This document shows positions 18,284 through 26,888 of a stretch of DNA of 64,000 nt, in pieces. The translations under genes and the position numbers were made by a program. The stretch lies in contig CAYFMJ010000001.1 in NCBI GenBank assembly GCA_964344235.1, positions 88,664-152,663 of the forward strand. The letters are read 5' to 3'. Below the pieces are notes generated by a model that was not told where the DNA came from, made no database searches, and was given only the letters and a program-made list of their open reading frames with translations. Within the stretch, counting starts at the first letter, position 1; each line of letters opens with the position of its first letter. The stretch is from an uncultured Methanosarcinales archaeon. GTDB taxonomy: Archaea; Nanobdellota; Nanobdellia; Woesearchaeales; GW2011-AR9.

Positions 18284-20334
18284 TTTTCTATTAATTCTGC
18301 CTCGCCAATTATTAATTTTCCGGAATGTTTTGAGTCCATAACTTTCTGTGTTCTTACAAGTTTAATTTTCTTGTGAAATAATGGGGCGTCTAATACCAGC
18401 GACTCAAATTCTCCGCCTTCCCCAGCAATGTTTAGAAATTGTTTTGCTTGGAGTTCTTGGAGAATTTCTTCATTAATTTCTTTACCTAACCACGATTCAT
18501 CCAAACCATCAGCTGCAACTGCTGTAATGATAACGTGGAAACCGCGTTGTATTACCTCTTTCATATGCTGCTCTTGGGATTTATGCCACAGGGGGGAGAA
18601 TATTTTTAATCCTAAGTTGTCACAAATCTTCTCTATTCTATCTCTCTGATATGTTGAGAATAAAGCGCCGGAGACGACACCTTCAATTTTGTGTTGTTCT
18701 TTTGCAATTTTTAATGCTGCTTCTAAATCTGCCAATTCTTTCTCTTTCTCACCTTTCGTAGGTACCTGAACGAGAGGAAGGCCCATTGCCTCTGCTTGGA
18801 GTTGAACTAGCTCTGTACCTGCAGATTGAAACATGTAAGAATATTCATTCTCCGATTTCAGATTGATTAGGCAGGTTAATTCATAATTTTGCTGATGCAT
18901 AATGTGTGCAGCGGAGAGTGAATCTTTACCTGAGGAGAAGAGAACACCAAGTTTCACGTTATGGGTAGGATAGAATTGTCGGAGGTATTGTGATTTTGAT
19001 TGTTTGTGTTGTTTTGCTAATTTGCCAAGTGCATTGTCTATTCTTGAACCGTATTGCGCTGCGGTTTTTTTACGATATGAGAATTGTTCTAGAATCCCTG
19101 AGTTGAGTGCGATGTCTCGTAGAATAATTTTTGTTGCTCCCCCATTTATTTTGTGTTGTGTTGGAATTTTAAGTGCGTAGTTGATGAGAGAGTGGTCTAA
19201 GAATGGTAGACGTAACTCTAGGTTATTATCCATCGTAAGAACATCGTCCCGGTAAAGGTCGCGTTCGTACATCTTTCGTAAGCCGGAAACACATTCCTGG
19301 TTAATGTTAGAGGATTTTTTATGACGCTCATAGCCGGCAAAGATTTCTTCACTTCCTAAGCCAGAGAAGATTACTTTACAGCCATCTTCTTTCGCTAGTT
19401 CACTCGCTAAGTAGAATGTTAACGCTACACCGACTTTCACAACGTTAGAGTCTTCGATTAAAGGAACTATTTTCTGGAGGTATTGGGGGAGGTCTTCCTG
19501 TTTTATGGTTTTGATTTTAAGATCAAGATTAAGTTCTTTCGCTACGTTTTGCGCTGCTGCTAAATCGGAAGGTGTGGCGGTGTCTGTGTCGAGAACAGCT
19601 GTGTAACAGGTGAAGTCATAGCCTTTTGTTTTGAAGTAATGTGCTAAGAACGTGGAGTCTATCCCGCCGGAGAAGAGAAGGCCGAATTTTTTATTTGGGA
19701 TGCGTTTCTGAATTGCATTGTGTAGTAATTGTTTTGTTGTTTGTTTTATGTTTTCATAATTATCTGTGTGTTCTGGTGTGTATTCAAAGAATGGTCTTTT
19801 TGTGATTGTCAGCTTTTTGTTTTTGACATCGTATGTGAGGATGCTGCGAGGGTTTAATTCGACAATATCAATGTAACCGAGTTTCTCTAATGCTTTCTTT
19901 TCTGATGCAAAGGCGAAAGAGTCGTTGTTGTATGCGTACCATAATGGTTTCACGCCAAGAATATCTCGAGCGAGTGTGATTGAGTTATTATTGTAATAGG
20001 CAAACGCAAAGACGCCATCAAGTTCTTCTATTTTTTCTGTATTAAATTTGTCAAGAAAATGAAGAAGAAGTTCGGCATCGTTTTGTGTGTTTAGGTTGTA
20101 TTTTGTATTCATTTCTTCCCAGTTATAGATTTCGCAGTTTGCAGTGAGGGTTCCTCCATTCTGAATTGGTTGAGGGATATGATTAATAACCGCATGCAAG
20201 GTATGGCCAAGAACGCCGTTTGGTAATTGAGTGATTTGAGAACCATCTTTTCCCCGATTTTTGAGGATGTCAAGAGCGGCAGCTACATGTTCCTTTGCTT
20301 GTACATGGTTAAAGACGCCAACGATGCCACACAT
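18280..20334 (-). CDS. Tri-domain fusion: class-II glutamine amidotransferase plus asparagine-synthetase-like PP-loop plus Dph6-like (diphthine-ammonia ligase, PF01902-type) PP-loop domain
   Basis: N-terminus MCGIVG (Ntn Cys). First PP-loop FSGGIDSTF at about aa 215. Second PP-loop VLFSSGKDS at about aa 455, followed by the Dph6/MJ0570 hallmarks SGALFSTYQRDRIE...PLW...GGEFESLVLDAP. Confidence 0.7.
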   Translation of the reverse strand: MCGIVGVFNHVQAKEHVAAALDILKNRGKDGSQITQLPNGVLGHTLHAVINHIPQPIQNGGTLTANCEIYNWEEMNTKYNLNTQNDAELLLHFLDKFNTEKIEELDGVFAFAYYNNNSITLARDILGVKPLWYAYNNDSFAFASEKKALEKLGYIDIVELNPRSILTYDVKNKKLTITKRPFFEYTPEHTDNYENIKQTTKQLLHNAIQKRIPNKKFGLLFSGGIDSTFLAHYFKTKGYDFTCYTAVLDTDTATPSDLAAAQNVAKELNLDLKIKTIKQEDLPQYLQKIVPLIEDSNVVKVGVALTFYLASELAKEDGCKVIFSGLGSEEIFAGYERHKKSSNINQECVSGLRKMYERDLYRDDVLTMDNNLELRLPFLDHSLINYALKIPTQHKINGGATKIILRDIALNSGILEQFSYRKKTAAQYGSRIDNALGKLAKQHKQSKSQYLRQFYPTHNVKLGVLFSSGKDSLSAAHIMHQQNYELTCLINLKSENEYSYMFQSAGTELVQLQAEAMGLPLVQVPTKGEKEKELADLEAALKIAKEQHKIEGVVSGALFSTYQRDRIEKICDNLGLKIFSPLWHKSQEQHMKEVIQRGFHVIITAVAADGLDESWLGKEINEEILQELQAKQFLNIAGEGGEFESLVLDAPLFHKKIKLVRTQKVMDSKHSGKLIIGEAELIEK

Positions 20335-20449
20335 AAGTGGTTAATTTGGTAGTATTTTTATAAAATTATGGGGTTGTTGCAAAGGAAGAAGCACAATCTA
20401 TAGGTCCAATGACACATAAGGATATAAGTTAAATTGATATCCAGAAAAT

Positions 20450-20680
20450 ATGAGTGAAAGACTTGAAGAAACAGCATTTAGAATGTTTATGGAACAAAGA
20501 GGCACTACTTTTTCTGGCGACCTGAAAGATACGACCCTGTATCAAGGGTTTGTTGCTGGGTTTTATGGGCGAGCAGAAGACAGAAAAAGAGAAGTTCTGA
20601 AACAAACTGCTGAAAGTGCAGAGTATGTAATGGCATATTTCGTTGGAGAGATAGAAGGTCGAAATCACAGGGGTTGTTAG
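20450..20680 (+). CDS. Possible small conserved hypothetical protein (76 aa)
   Basis: Non-low-complexity ORF in an otherwise empty 350-nt intergenic gap. No homology recognisable by eye. Confidence 0.2.
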   Translation: MSERLEETAFRMFMEQRGTTFSGDLKDTTLYQGFVAGFYGRAEDRKREVLKQTAESAEYVMAYFVGEIEGRNHRGC

Positions 20681-20683
20681 AAC

Positions 20684-21781
20684 TTAATCAAGATGAATCT
20701 CTAACACGTCTTTATCTTTCAATGCATGTTTCAACATAACTCGCTGTGCAGGATGCTTTGCTGACTTGCCCCATACTCTTGCAAACTTGAAACGTTTGAC
20801 AAAATCTTTATGTGTTTTATTGCAAACATCTCGAATCGTAGAATTACGAGGGATGATTAACGGCTCTTTCATGTCTGCTTCTTTACGAGGTTCTTTCATG
20901 TAAATACGGATGAAGTCAAGTTTTTTGAAGATCTTTTCACGTAATTCTTTAATTCCTAAATCCTCATGTGTGCTAATTACTAAATCTGCGTTCAATTCTT
21001 TTTTGACTTTTGCAACTTGACCTGCTGTTGCTAAATCTGCTTTGGTGATACAAGTAATAGCAGGGACGTATTTCTTTTGACTGCCTAAGCAGTCAATGAA
21101 GTCATCAATGTCGATGGGGGAGCGAATAAGCACTTCTGCATTAACAATCTTAAATTGTTGCATGACTTTCCTGATGGTTTCATCGTCTGTACCAATTTCA
21201 ACGGTTTTACCAATATGGATTCCGCCCTGTCCTTTTTTCTTAATGTACACTTCTGGTTTAGTTTTATTCACCCGTATATTCGATTCCCATACTTCCCGCA
21301 GAATTGCTTGGTAATGTTCAGGAGTTGTGACGTCGACTACTATTAACACTAAATCGGCGTTTTGGATAACGGCGAGCACTTCTTTTCCTCTTCCTCTACC
21401 GGATGCGGCACCAGAAACTATTCCGGGAACGTCAAGAATTTGAATTTTTGCTTGTTTATATTCCATCATTCCCGGAACAACGGAAAGAGTGGTGAATGCA
21501 TAGGCACCGACCTCTGAGTCAGCTCCTGTTAATTTGTTAAGGAGGGTTGATTTTCCTGCTGAAGGAAATCCGAGCAATAAGACGGTTCCATCACCCGATT
21601 TTCGGACAGAATAGCCGTGGTCTGATCTTCCTGTTTTTTTAGAAACACGAGATTCTTGTTTTTGCTTCAGTTGGGCAATTTTCGCTTTAAGAATTCCAAT
21701 ATGGCCTTGCGTTGCTTTGTTATATTTGGTTTTTTTTATCTCGTCCTGGATTTCTTTGATTTGTTTATTATAATCGACCAT
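20684..21781 (-). CDS. DRG-family (Obg-like) GTP-binding protein with a C-terminal TGS domain
   Basis: N-terminal coiled-coil MVDYNKQIKEIQDEIKKTKYNKATQ. G1 GFPSAGKST. G3 DVPG. TGS-like C-terminus. Confidence 0.8.
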   Translation of the reverse strand: MVDYNKQIKEIQDEIKKTKYNKATQGHIGILKAKIAQLKQKQESRVSKKTGRSDHGYSVRKSGDGTVLLLGFPSAGKSTLLNKLTGADSEVGAYAFTTLSVVPGMMEYKQAKIQILDVPGIVSGAASGRGRGKEVLAVIQNADLVLIVVDVTTPEHYQAILREVWESNIRVNKTKPEVYIKKKGQGGIHIGKTVEIGTDDETIRKVMQQFKIVNAEVLIRSPIDIDDFIDCLGSQKKYVPAITCITKADLATAGQVAKVKKELNADLVISTHEDLGIKELREKIFKKLDFIRIYMKEPRKEADMKEPLIIPRNSTIRDVCNKTHKDFVKRFKFARVWGKSAKHPAQRVMLKHALKDKDVLEIHLD

Positions 21782-21846
21782 GCACTATTACTTTCCTCAG
21801 CGCTTTTTAAGGTTTCTGAGATTTGCGAGGGAATTAAGTCAGTTTC

Positions 21847-21931
21847 GGCGAGTGGGGCACGGCGCGATTATGGTGTCTTATTCGAACATTTTATTCTTGG
21901 ACACCATGCGCCCCATTTGGCGCCACTCGCC
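21847..21931. ncRNA. Structured RNA-like element, copy 1 of 2 (unknown family)
   Basis: Nested helices: ggcgagtgg/ccactcgcc, ggcgc/gcgcc and atggtgtc/gacaccat. Conserved unpaired GCAC, GATT and CCATTTGGC. Same architecture as 55211..55301, with compensatory changes. Confidence 0.4.
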
Positions 21932-21994
21932 TTCTCGACTCAATAAAAAAGTGTTTTCGTAATGTTTATAAAATCGTGAGCAGAATAGAAGAGA

Positions 21995-22546
21995 ATGGTC
22001 AATGCGACAGCAGTCGGAGGGGTTGTAGAGACAGCGCAGTCCTACTTTTACTCAATTATCATTGGAATTGTGATTCTGTTAATTGGTTTTGGCGCGGGAG
22101 TATTAGCGAAAAGAATCGTCCACAGGGTTCTGCGAGAAATTGAGTTGAATAAGATTATGAGTAAAGTGGGAATGCGTCATAATTTAGAGCGAACGATTAG
22201 TATTGTTATCTCGTATCTTATTTACATCGTAACGATTATCATCTTTTTGAAGCAGTTTGGTGTGATTCCCATCTACATTGTGTATCTCATTGTGGGAGCA
22301 ATTCTCATGTTAATGGCATTAACATTTATTGTAGGTTTGAAAGATGTTATCCCGAATTTTGTGGCATGGGTATTGTTGCAGAGAAAGGGTAAGATTAAGG
22401 AAGGGTATCATGTTAACGTTAGGGAGATTTATGGCGTTGTAGAAAGGGTTGGTTTTTTAGAAACAGAAATTAAGACAGATAATAATGATATTTTATATGT
22501 GCCAAATTCGTTATTTTTGAAATCGAAGTTTAGAGTAAGGAAGTGA
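21995..22546 (+). CDS. MscS-like small mechanosensitive channel protein (short form)
   Basis: Three TM helices, then a beta-domain-like VNVREIYGVVERVGFLETEIKTDNNDILYVPNSLF. Confidence 0.5.
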   Translation: MVNATAVGGVVETAQSYFYSIIIGIVILLIGFGAGVLAKRIVHRVLREIELNKIMSKVGMRHNLERTISIVISYLIYIVTIIIFLKQFGVIPIYIVYLIVGAILMLMALTFIVGLKDVIPNFVAWVLLQRKGKIKEGYHVNVREIYGVVERVGFLETEIKTDNNDILYVPNSLFLKSKFRVRK

Positions 22547-22786
22547 TTACTTCGCACTCTCTAACATGCTGATAACATCCCACACTTGTGTTCTATTATA
22601 AGAAGGCATGTCGATGTTGTTTAAATCTTCTAATTCCATCAACGCTTTCTCGATAGGAAGTTCAACATCACTGGAAAGAATTGTAATAACACTGGCTGCT
22701 TTTTCTTTAAATCGTTTGCAACAGTCTGGTTCTTCTTTTAATTCGCTGAGGTACTCAATGACTTCAGTCACTTGTTGTTTGTTCAT
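22547..22786 (-). CDS. UPF0147-family small alpha-helical protein
   Basis: The C-terminal NIDMPSYNRTQVWDVISMLE matches the NMPxHxRTQIWxI hallmark of UPF0147 as recalled. Confidence 0.5.
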   Translation of the reverse strand: MNKQQVTEVIEYLSELKEEPDCCKRFKEKAASVITILSSDVELPIEKALMELEDLNNIDMPSYNRTQVWDVISMLESAK

Positions 22787-23108
22787 CGTTGTTCTCTTCC
22801 TGTAATTCTTTCATAACTTCTTTCTGTAAGGATTCCATTTGCTCTTTGAGTTTATCCTCTTGTGAAGCGAAGTTTTTCAAATGGATCTCTGCAACGTCTT
22901 TCTTTTCCTGGAGATCTTTTGAAAGGTCTTCTTTAGAAGCGGCAATCATCATTTTGCCAAGAATCTTATAACTTTTATCGGTTGTTTTTATTTCAGTCAA
23001 TGCTGAGTTTAATTCTGTTAATTGTGATTCAATTTGTTGTTTTTGCATAGAGATGGAGTGAAGGTTTTGCTGCAGGAGTTGTAGTTGGTTTACCTTATCT
23101 GATGTCAT
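22764..23108 (-). CDS. pfdB: Prefoldin beta subunit
   Basis: 114 aa coiled-coil protein. NQLQLLQQNL...QKQQIESQL pattern. Conserved gene neighbourhood with rpoP and L37ae. Confidence 0.6.
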   Translation of the reverse strand: MTSDKVNQLQLLQQNLHSISMQKQQIESQLTELNSALTEIKTTDKSYKILGKMMIAASKEDLSKDLQEKKDVAEIHLKNFASQEDKLKEQMESLQKEVMKELQEENNDEQTTSD

Positions 23109-23117
23109 TTTTAAGAA

Positions 23118-23252
23118 TTAACGTGCTTTTACTTTGTTAACGGTTCTCCGATCTTTATAGAGGATCTTACCGCCACAGTAGGGGCATCTAATTTTAGTAC
23201 GAGTGTACTCGTCCTCTACTTTCTTTCCACAGTCAAAACAAACGTAATACAT
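23118..23252 (-). CDS. rpoP: DNA-directed RNA polymerase subunit P (RpoP/Rpb12)
   Basis: Not in the ORF track because it is under 60 aa. Manual translation gives MYYVCFDCGKKVEDEYTRTKIRCPYCGGKILYKDRRTVNKVKAR with CxxC...CxxC. Immediately downstream of L37ae. Confidence 0.75.
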   Translation of the reverse strand: MYYVCFDCGKKVEDEYTRTKIRCPYCGGKILYKDRRTVNKVKAR

Positions 23253-23253
23253 T

Positions 23254-23451
23254 TTATTTGGGTTTATAGGCTTTGCCAGCAAATTTAATGCCGGTTTTTT
23301 TACAGATCCAGATACCTAAGGAAAGTCGTTTTACTGTTGGTTTATTACAGAACGGGCTTTTGTACTTTTTTCGCTGCTGTGCTTCAATAGCGCCGAATTT
23401 CTTCTTAGGTTTTCGCCCGTACCGAGCTCCGAATCGTTTTGTTGATTTCAT
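23254..23451 (-). CDS. rpl37ae: Ribosomal protein L37ae (L43e)
   Basis: MKSTKRFGARYGRK... and GIWICKKTGIKFAGKAYKP align to L37ae. Only 2 of the 4 Zn-ribbon cysteines are retained. Confidence 0.8.
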   Translation of the reverse strand: MKSTKRFGARYGRKPKKKFGAIEAQQRKKYKSPFCNKPTVKRLSLGIWICKKTGIKFAGKAYKPK

Positions 23452-23464
23452 GTTGTTAGTATAA

Positions 23465-23571
23465 TGGTGGGGCCGCCCAGATTTGAACTGGGGTCTAAGC
23501 GTCCCAAACGCCCAATGCTAGATTGCTCCTAGCGACTTGTGTCTTGCTAGACCAAGCTACACTACGGCCCC
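23465..23571 (-). tRNA. Intron-containing tRNA with genomically encoded CCA; tentatively tRNA-Pro (anticodon UGG)
   Basis: Minus strand. Acceptor ggggccg/cggcccc, discriminator A, then CCA. T-arm cccag-TTCAAAT-ctggg. Candidate anticodon arm gggcg-tttGGGa... read as loop uuUGGga. About 30 extra nt lie between the D-region and the anticodon stem, which is a non-canonical intron position. Confidence 0.55.
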
Positions 23572-23630
23572 GTAGCGTCTTTATAAATGTTATGCTGAAA
23601 AAGGAGTAATTTAAAAGGTTTGTGGTTGAA

Positions 23631-24668
23631 TTAGAACTGTTTGATTATAATGAGGGATTTGGGTGCTCTAGTGAGAATTGTCAGTTTATTGGTCCAAACA
23701 ACGGTATCTTCGATTCGTAAGCCGATTTTATTCTTGATGTAAATGCCGGGTTCTATAGTAAATGGAACATTCTTTTCTACTTTCGCTGGTTGGGAAAAGA
23801 ATGGATCTTCATGGACTTCAATTCCGATTCCATGCCCCAGAGAGTGGATGAAGTATTTCGCGTGTTTTTTTAGTGTATTTCTTGCTGTTGTGTCGAGTTC
23901 CTTCAAAGAAATTTTTGGTTTGATTGCTTTAATTGCTGAAGTTTGTGCATTGAGTAAGAGGTTGTAGAGCATTTTTTGTTCTTCATTGGGAGTGCCTAAA
24001 AATATACACCGCGTCATGTCAGCACAGTAGTTTTTGTAGCGTGCGCCGAAGTCAACAAGGAGGAAACCGCGTTTTAGTGTGTCTGTAGAGGTAATGTGAT
24101 GAGGAGTGGCAGCGTTTGTGTGGGTTGCAGCTATTGTGGGGAAGGCTAAAGAAGCGCCTTTGGATTTGATGTGTCCTTCCAGGAAGAACGCAACGTCTTG
24201 CTCTGTTTTGAGCGTTTTCTTGGGGAGTTCTTTTACTAAGGCATTGAAAGCTGATGTGGTGATGGAGCAGGCTTTTGCGATTAATTGTAATTCCTTCGCA
24301 GTTTTTTGTTTTCTTAATGCATTGAGCTGCTTTGAAATATCAACAAATTTGGCTTTGGGGAATATTTTCTTTGCTTTGTCAAGCTGTTGGACTGTAAGAG
24401 AAGTCTTGTTAATGCCAACTTTCTTGGTGGTTTTACTGGTAATTGTTTTTTCAAAAGTTTTATCGAGAGTTTTGATCTTGATGTTCTTTAATCGTGGCTT
24501 TTTGTCTAATTTTGAGATGTAGAGTTTTGCTGATTTGGGAGTGATGAGGAGATAGCCGTGGGATGGTTCCATTTGAGTGAAGTAGGTGATTGTTGGATCA
24601 GGCGCCACGAAGAATGTTGTTTGGATTCTGTTCTTTTTGAGGAATCTCTGGAATTGTAAGAGTTTCAT
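23631..24668 (-). CDS. M24-family metallopeptidase (Xaa-Pro aminopeptidase/prolidase-like)
   Basis: Pita-bread fold motifs: HSLGHGIGIEVHEDP, a DxxR metal ligand, and an N-terminal creatinase-like domain. Confidence 0.75.
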   Translation of the reverse strand: MKLLQFQRFLKKNRIQTTFFVAPDPTITYFTQMEPSHGYLLITPKSAKLYISKLDKKPRLKNIKIKTLDKTFEKTITSKTTKKVGINKTSLTVQQLDKAKKIFPKAKFVDISKQLNALRKQKTAKELQLIAKACSITTSAFNALVKELPKKTLKTEQDVAFFLEGHIKSKGASLAFPTIAATHTNAATPHHITSTDTLKRGFLLVDFGARYKNYCADMTRCIFLGTPNEEQKMLYNLLLNAQTSAIKAIKPKISLKELDTTARNTLKKHAKYFIHSLGHGIGIEVHEDPFFSQPAKVEKNVPFTIEPGIYIKNKIGLRIEDTVVWTNKLTILTRAPKSLIIIKQF

Positions 24669-24745
24669 GAGGAAAATAAAATCAACAGTGTAATTAAATC
24701 TTATGCCTCCATAATCATTATAAACCTCAAAAATATGCTTTTTCT

Positions 24746-25948
24746 ATGCAAAAAGCGGTGTTGAAGAATGGATTAAAGGTTTTGTACCACCATAAACAGG
24801 GGAATGCGGTAGTGATTCAGGTAATGGTACATGTAGGGAGTAATAGAGAAACACCTAAAGAGCGAGGGATTTCCCACTTCCTTGAACACATTCTGTTTGA
24901 AGGAACTATAAAGAGGCCGACGAATGAATTGATTTCAAATGAAATTGAGAAGATTGGCGGCGAGTTTAATGCGTACACCGCAAATGAAAGGACATGTTTC
25001 TACATTAAAGTTCTGCAGAAGCATTTTGGAAAAGCAGTAGAGATCTTATCAGATATTTTACATAATTCATTATTTGATGAGGATCATATCAAGAAAGAGA
25101 AGCGGATTGTGTTAAAAGAGATTGATATGGTGTATGATGAACCAACGTACTATCAATGGATTTTATTACAGCAGAGTTTGTTTTCAAAACACCCATGTAG
25201 GGTTCCAACGTATGGAGATAGGAAAGTTATTGCCAATTTAACACGGCAGCAGGTGATTGATTATTTTGAGAAATATTACTTATCTAATAACATGACTGTT
25301 TCGATTGTAGGAGATGTGAAGCAGTGGAAACAGAAGATTGCAAAGAACTTTACGCTGCCGCAAGGGAAAGTCCCTGCTAGGAAAAGGATAGTGGAACCTG
25401 CTGCGAAACGGAACGTTGTTAAGAGAGAGAAGAGGAAAACTCTCAATACGTATAGTATTCTTGGTTTTAAGACTGTTCCCAGAAATCATCCCGATAGTCC
25501 GGTGTTGGAAGTGATTAATGGTATTTTAGGAAGAGGGCAGAGTGGCAAGATCTTTATTGAAGTGCGAAGTAAGAGAGGATTAGCGTATGAAGTTGGAACA
25601 CAGAATGTGGCGGAGATTAATTATGGTTATTTTGCTGTGTATTCAACCGTTGCAAAGGCAAAGGTTCGGTTGGTGAGAGATTTGGTGTTGAAAGAAATTG
25701 GGAAGTTATCTGCTGTAACGGAACAAGAAGTAAAAGAGGCGAAGACGTTTATTGAAGGGAGTTTCCTATTAGGAATGGATGATGCGCAGAAGTTGGCAGA
25801 TCAATTATTATTCTGGTCGCAAGTTGAGGATGCGGCACTTATGACGAAGTTTTTAGCAAGAATAAAGAAAGTTACGGTTGCTGATGTGAAGAGAGTGGTG
25901 AAGAAGTATTTTAAGAATTATACACACGTTGTGATTGAAGGGAAGTGA
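24746..25948 (+). CDS. M16-family zinc peptidase (pitrilysin/insulinase-like)
   Basis: Inverted zincin motif HFLEHILFEGT (HxxEH), and a downstream E. Confidence 0.75.
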   Translation: MQKAVLKNGLKVLYHHKQGNAVVIQVMVHVGSNRETPKERGISHFLEHILFEGTIKRPTNELISNEIEKIGGEFNAYTANERTCFYIKVLQKHFGKAVEILSDILHNSLFDEDHIKKEKRIVLKEIDMVYDEPTYYQWILLQQSLFSKHPCRVPTYGDRKVIANLTRQQVIDYFEKYYLSNNMTVSIVGDVKQWKQKIAKNFTLPQGKVPARKRIVEPAAKRNVVKREKRKTLNTYSILGFKTVPRNHPDSPVLEVINGILGRGQSGKIFIEVRSKRGLAYEVGTQNVAEINYGYFAVYSTVAKAKVRLVRDLVLKEIGKLSAVTEQEVKEAKTFIEGSFLLGMDDAQKLADQLLFWSQVEDAALMTKFLARIKKVTVADVKRVVKKYFKNYTHVVIEGK

Positions 25949-26888
25949 TTTTAATCCCGTTACTGTAGGCGGTTGCTAAAAAATCTAAGTTATCTATTGT
26001 GAATGTTTCTTTTAGTTTAAACCATTTTTCAAATATGCCAAAGGAAACTGGTTGGTCATTTATGTTAAAGTTTGCGTGGAAAAAGCTAGCATCTTCTAAG
26101 CAAACCGTTAGGAATGTTTCTTGCAAGATTGCGTCTCTGCAAGCTCCTTCTGTTCCTAGAAGGAATAATTCGTTTTGTGTAAGAGTTGGCACGTTAGAGA
26201 TATCAGATACTGGACCCGTGATGTAGTACTGAGGGGTGTATTCCAATGATGTGCTGGCTGCGTTGTTTTGTTGCGTGCTATCTGTTACCGTGCCAGAAAC
26301 CGAAAGAGTAAAGGAATGTGTCCCTTCCCCTAATGTAGGTAGGGTGAGTTGAAGGTCGTTGTAGATTGTTCCTGCAACTCGAAGTGTATGTTTTGGTTCT
26401 AATTGATAGAAGAAAATGCTGCCTTTGGTTTTTTCTTGTTGCAATTTTTGTGACGTGTCAACTGTTGAAATTTTTCCCGTGAAAATGTCAAGAGCTTGAG
26501 GGAAATCCTCGTATGGGGCACCTGATGCTGGATGGATGGTTAATGGTATTAATTGATTATTTCTTTCAATGATATTTAGTATGTCGATTGTTCTCTGAGC
26601 GTCCCTACCAATAACATCAGATGTTAAGGTTACACGAAAATTGCCAATTGCCGGGGCAGAGCCTTCATTCGTTATTGCAAAATTTATTTGTAAAGGCGTA
26701 GCAGGAGAGAAGTGTTTCGTACCCGAGGTTGTTGTGAAAGTATGGGGAAGCTGGTTGATCTCAAAGGACGTGATTGAGACGTCTGGGGTTCCTTCATAGA
26801 TATTTTGTAAATTGTATAGTTGATCTGGAAACTCTTGCGCTAGGGCCAGAGGGATTAGTACCAACAGGAAGAGGAGATATTTTTTCAT
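25911..26888 (-). CDS. Secreted hypothetical protein
   Basis: N-terminal signal peptide MKKYLLFLLVLIPLALA. Thr/Ser-rich and beta-rich. Confidence 0.4.
   Translation of the reverse strand: MKKYLLFLLVLIPLALAQEFPDQLYNLQNIYEGTPDVSITSFEINQLPHTFTTTSGTKHFSPATPLQINFAITNEGSAPAIGNFRVTLTSDVIGRDAQRTIDILNIIERNNQLIPLTIHPASGAPYEDFPQALDIFTGKISTVDTSQKLQQEKTKGSIFFYQLEPKHTLRVAGTIYNDLQLTLPTLGEGTHSFTLSVSGTVTDSTQQNNAASTSLEYTPQYYITGPVSDISNVPTLTQNELFLLGTEGACRDAILQETFLTVCLEDASFFHANFNINDQPVSFGIFEKWFKLKETFTIDNLDFLATAYSNGIKITSLQSQRVYNS

Noticed and set aside
21847-21931. Possibility that the paired RNA-like elements are H/ACA or C/D box sRNAs, or MITEs
   Set aside because: No ACA/ANA box follows the basal stem on either strand, and there are no RUGAUGA/CUGA boxes. 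The terminal stems differ between copies while the internal helices covary, which is unlike transposon TIRs.
21656-21962. ORFs 21656..21946 and 21780..21962 (+)
   Set aside because: They overlap the highly structured element and the start of the DRG gene, and their products are low-complexity. They are better explained as non-coding.
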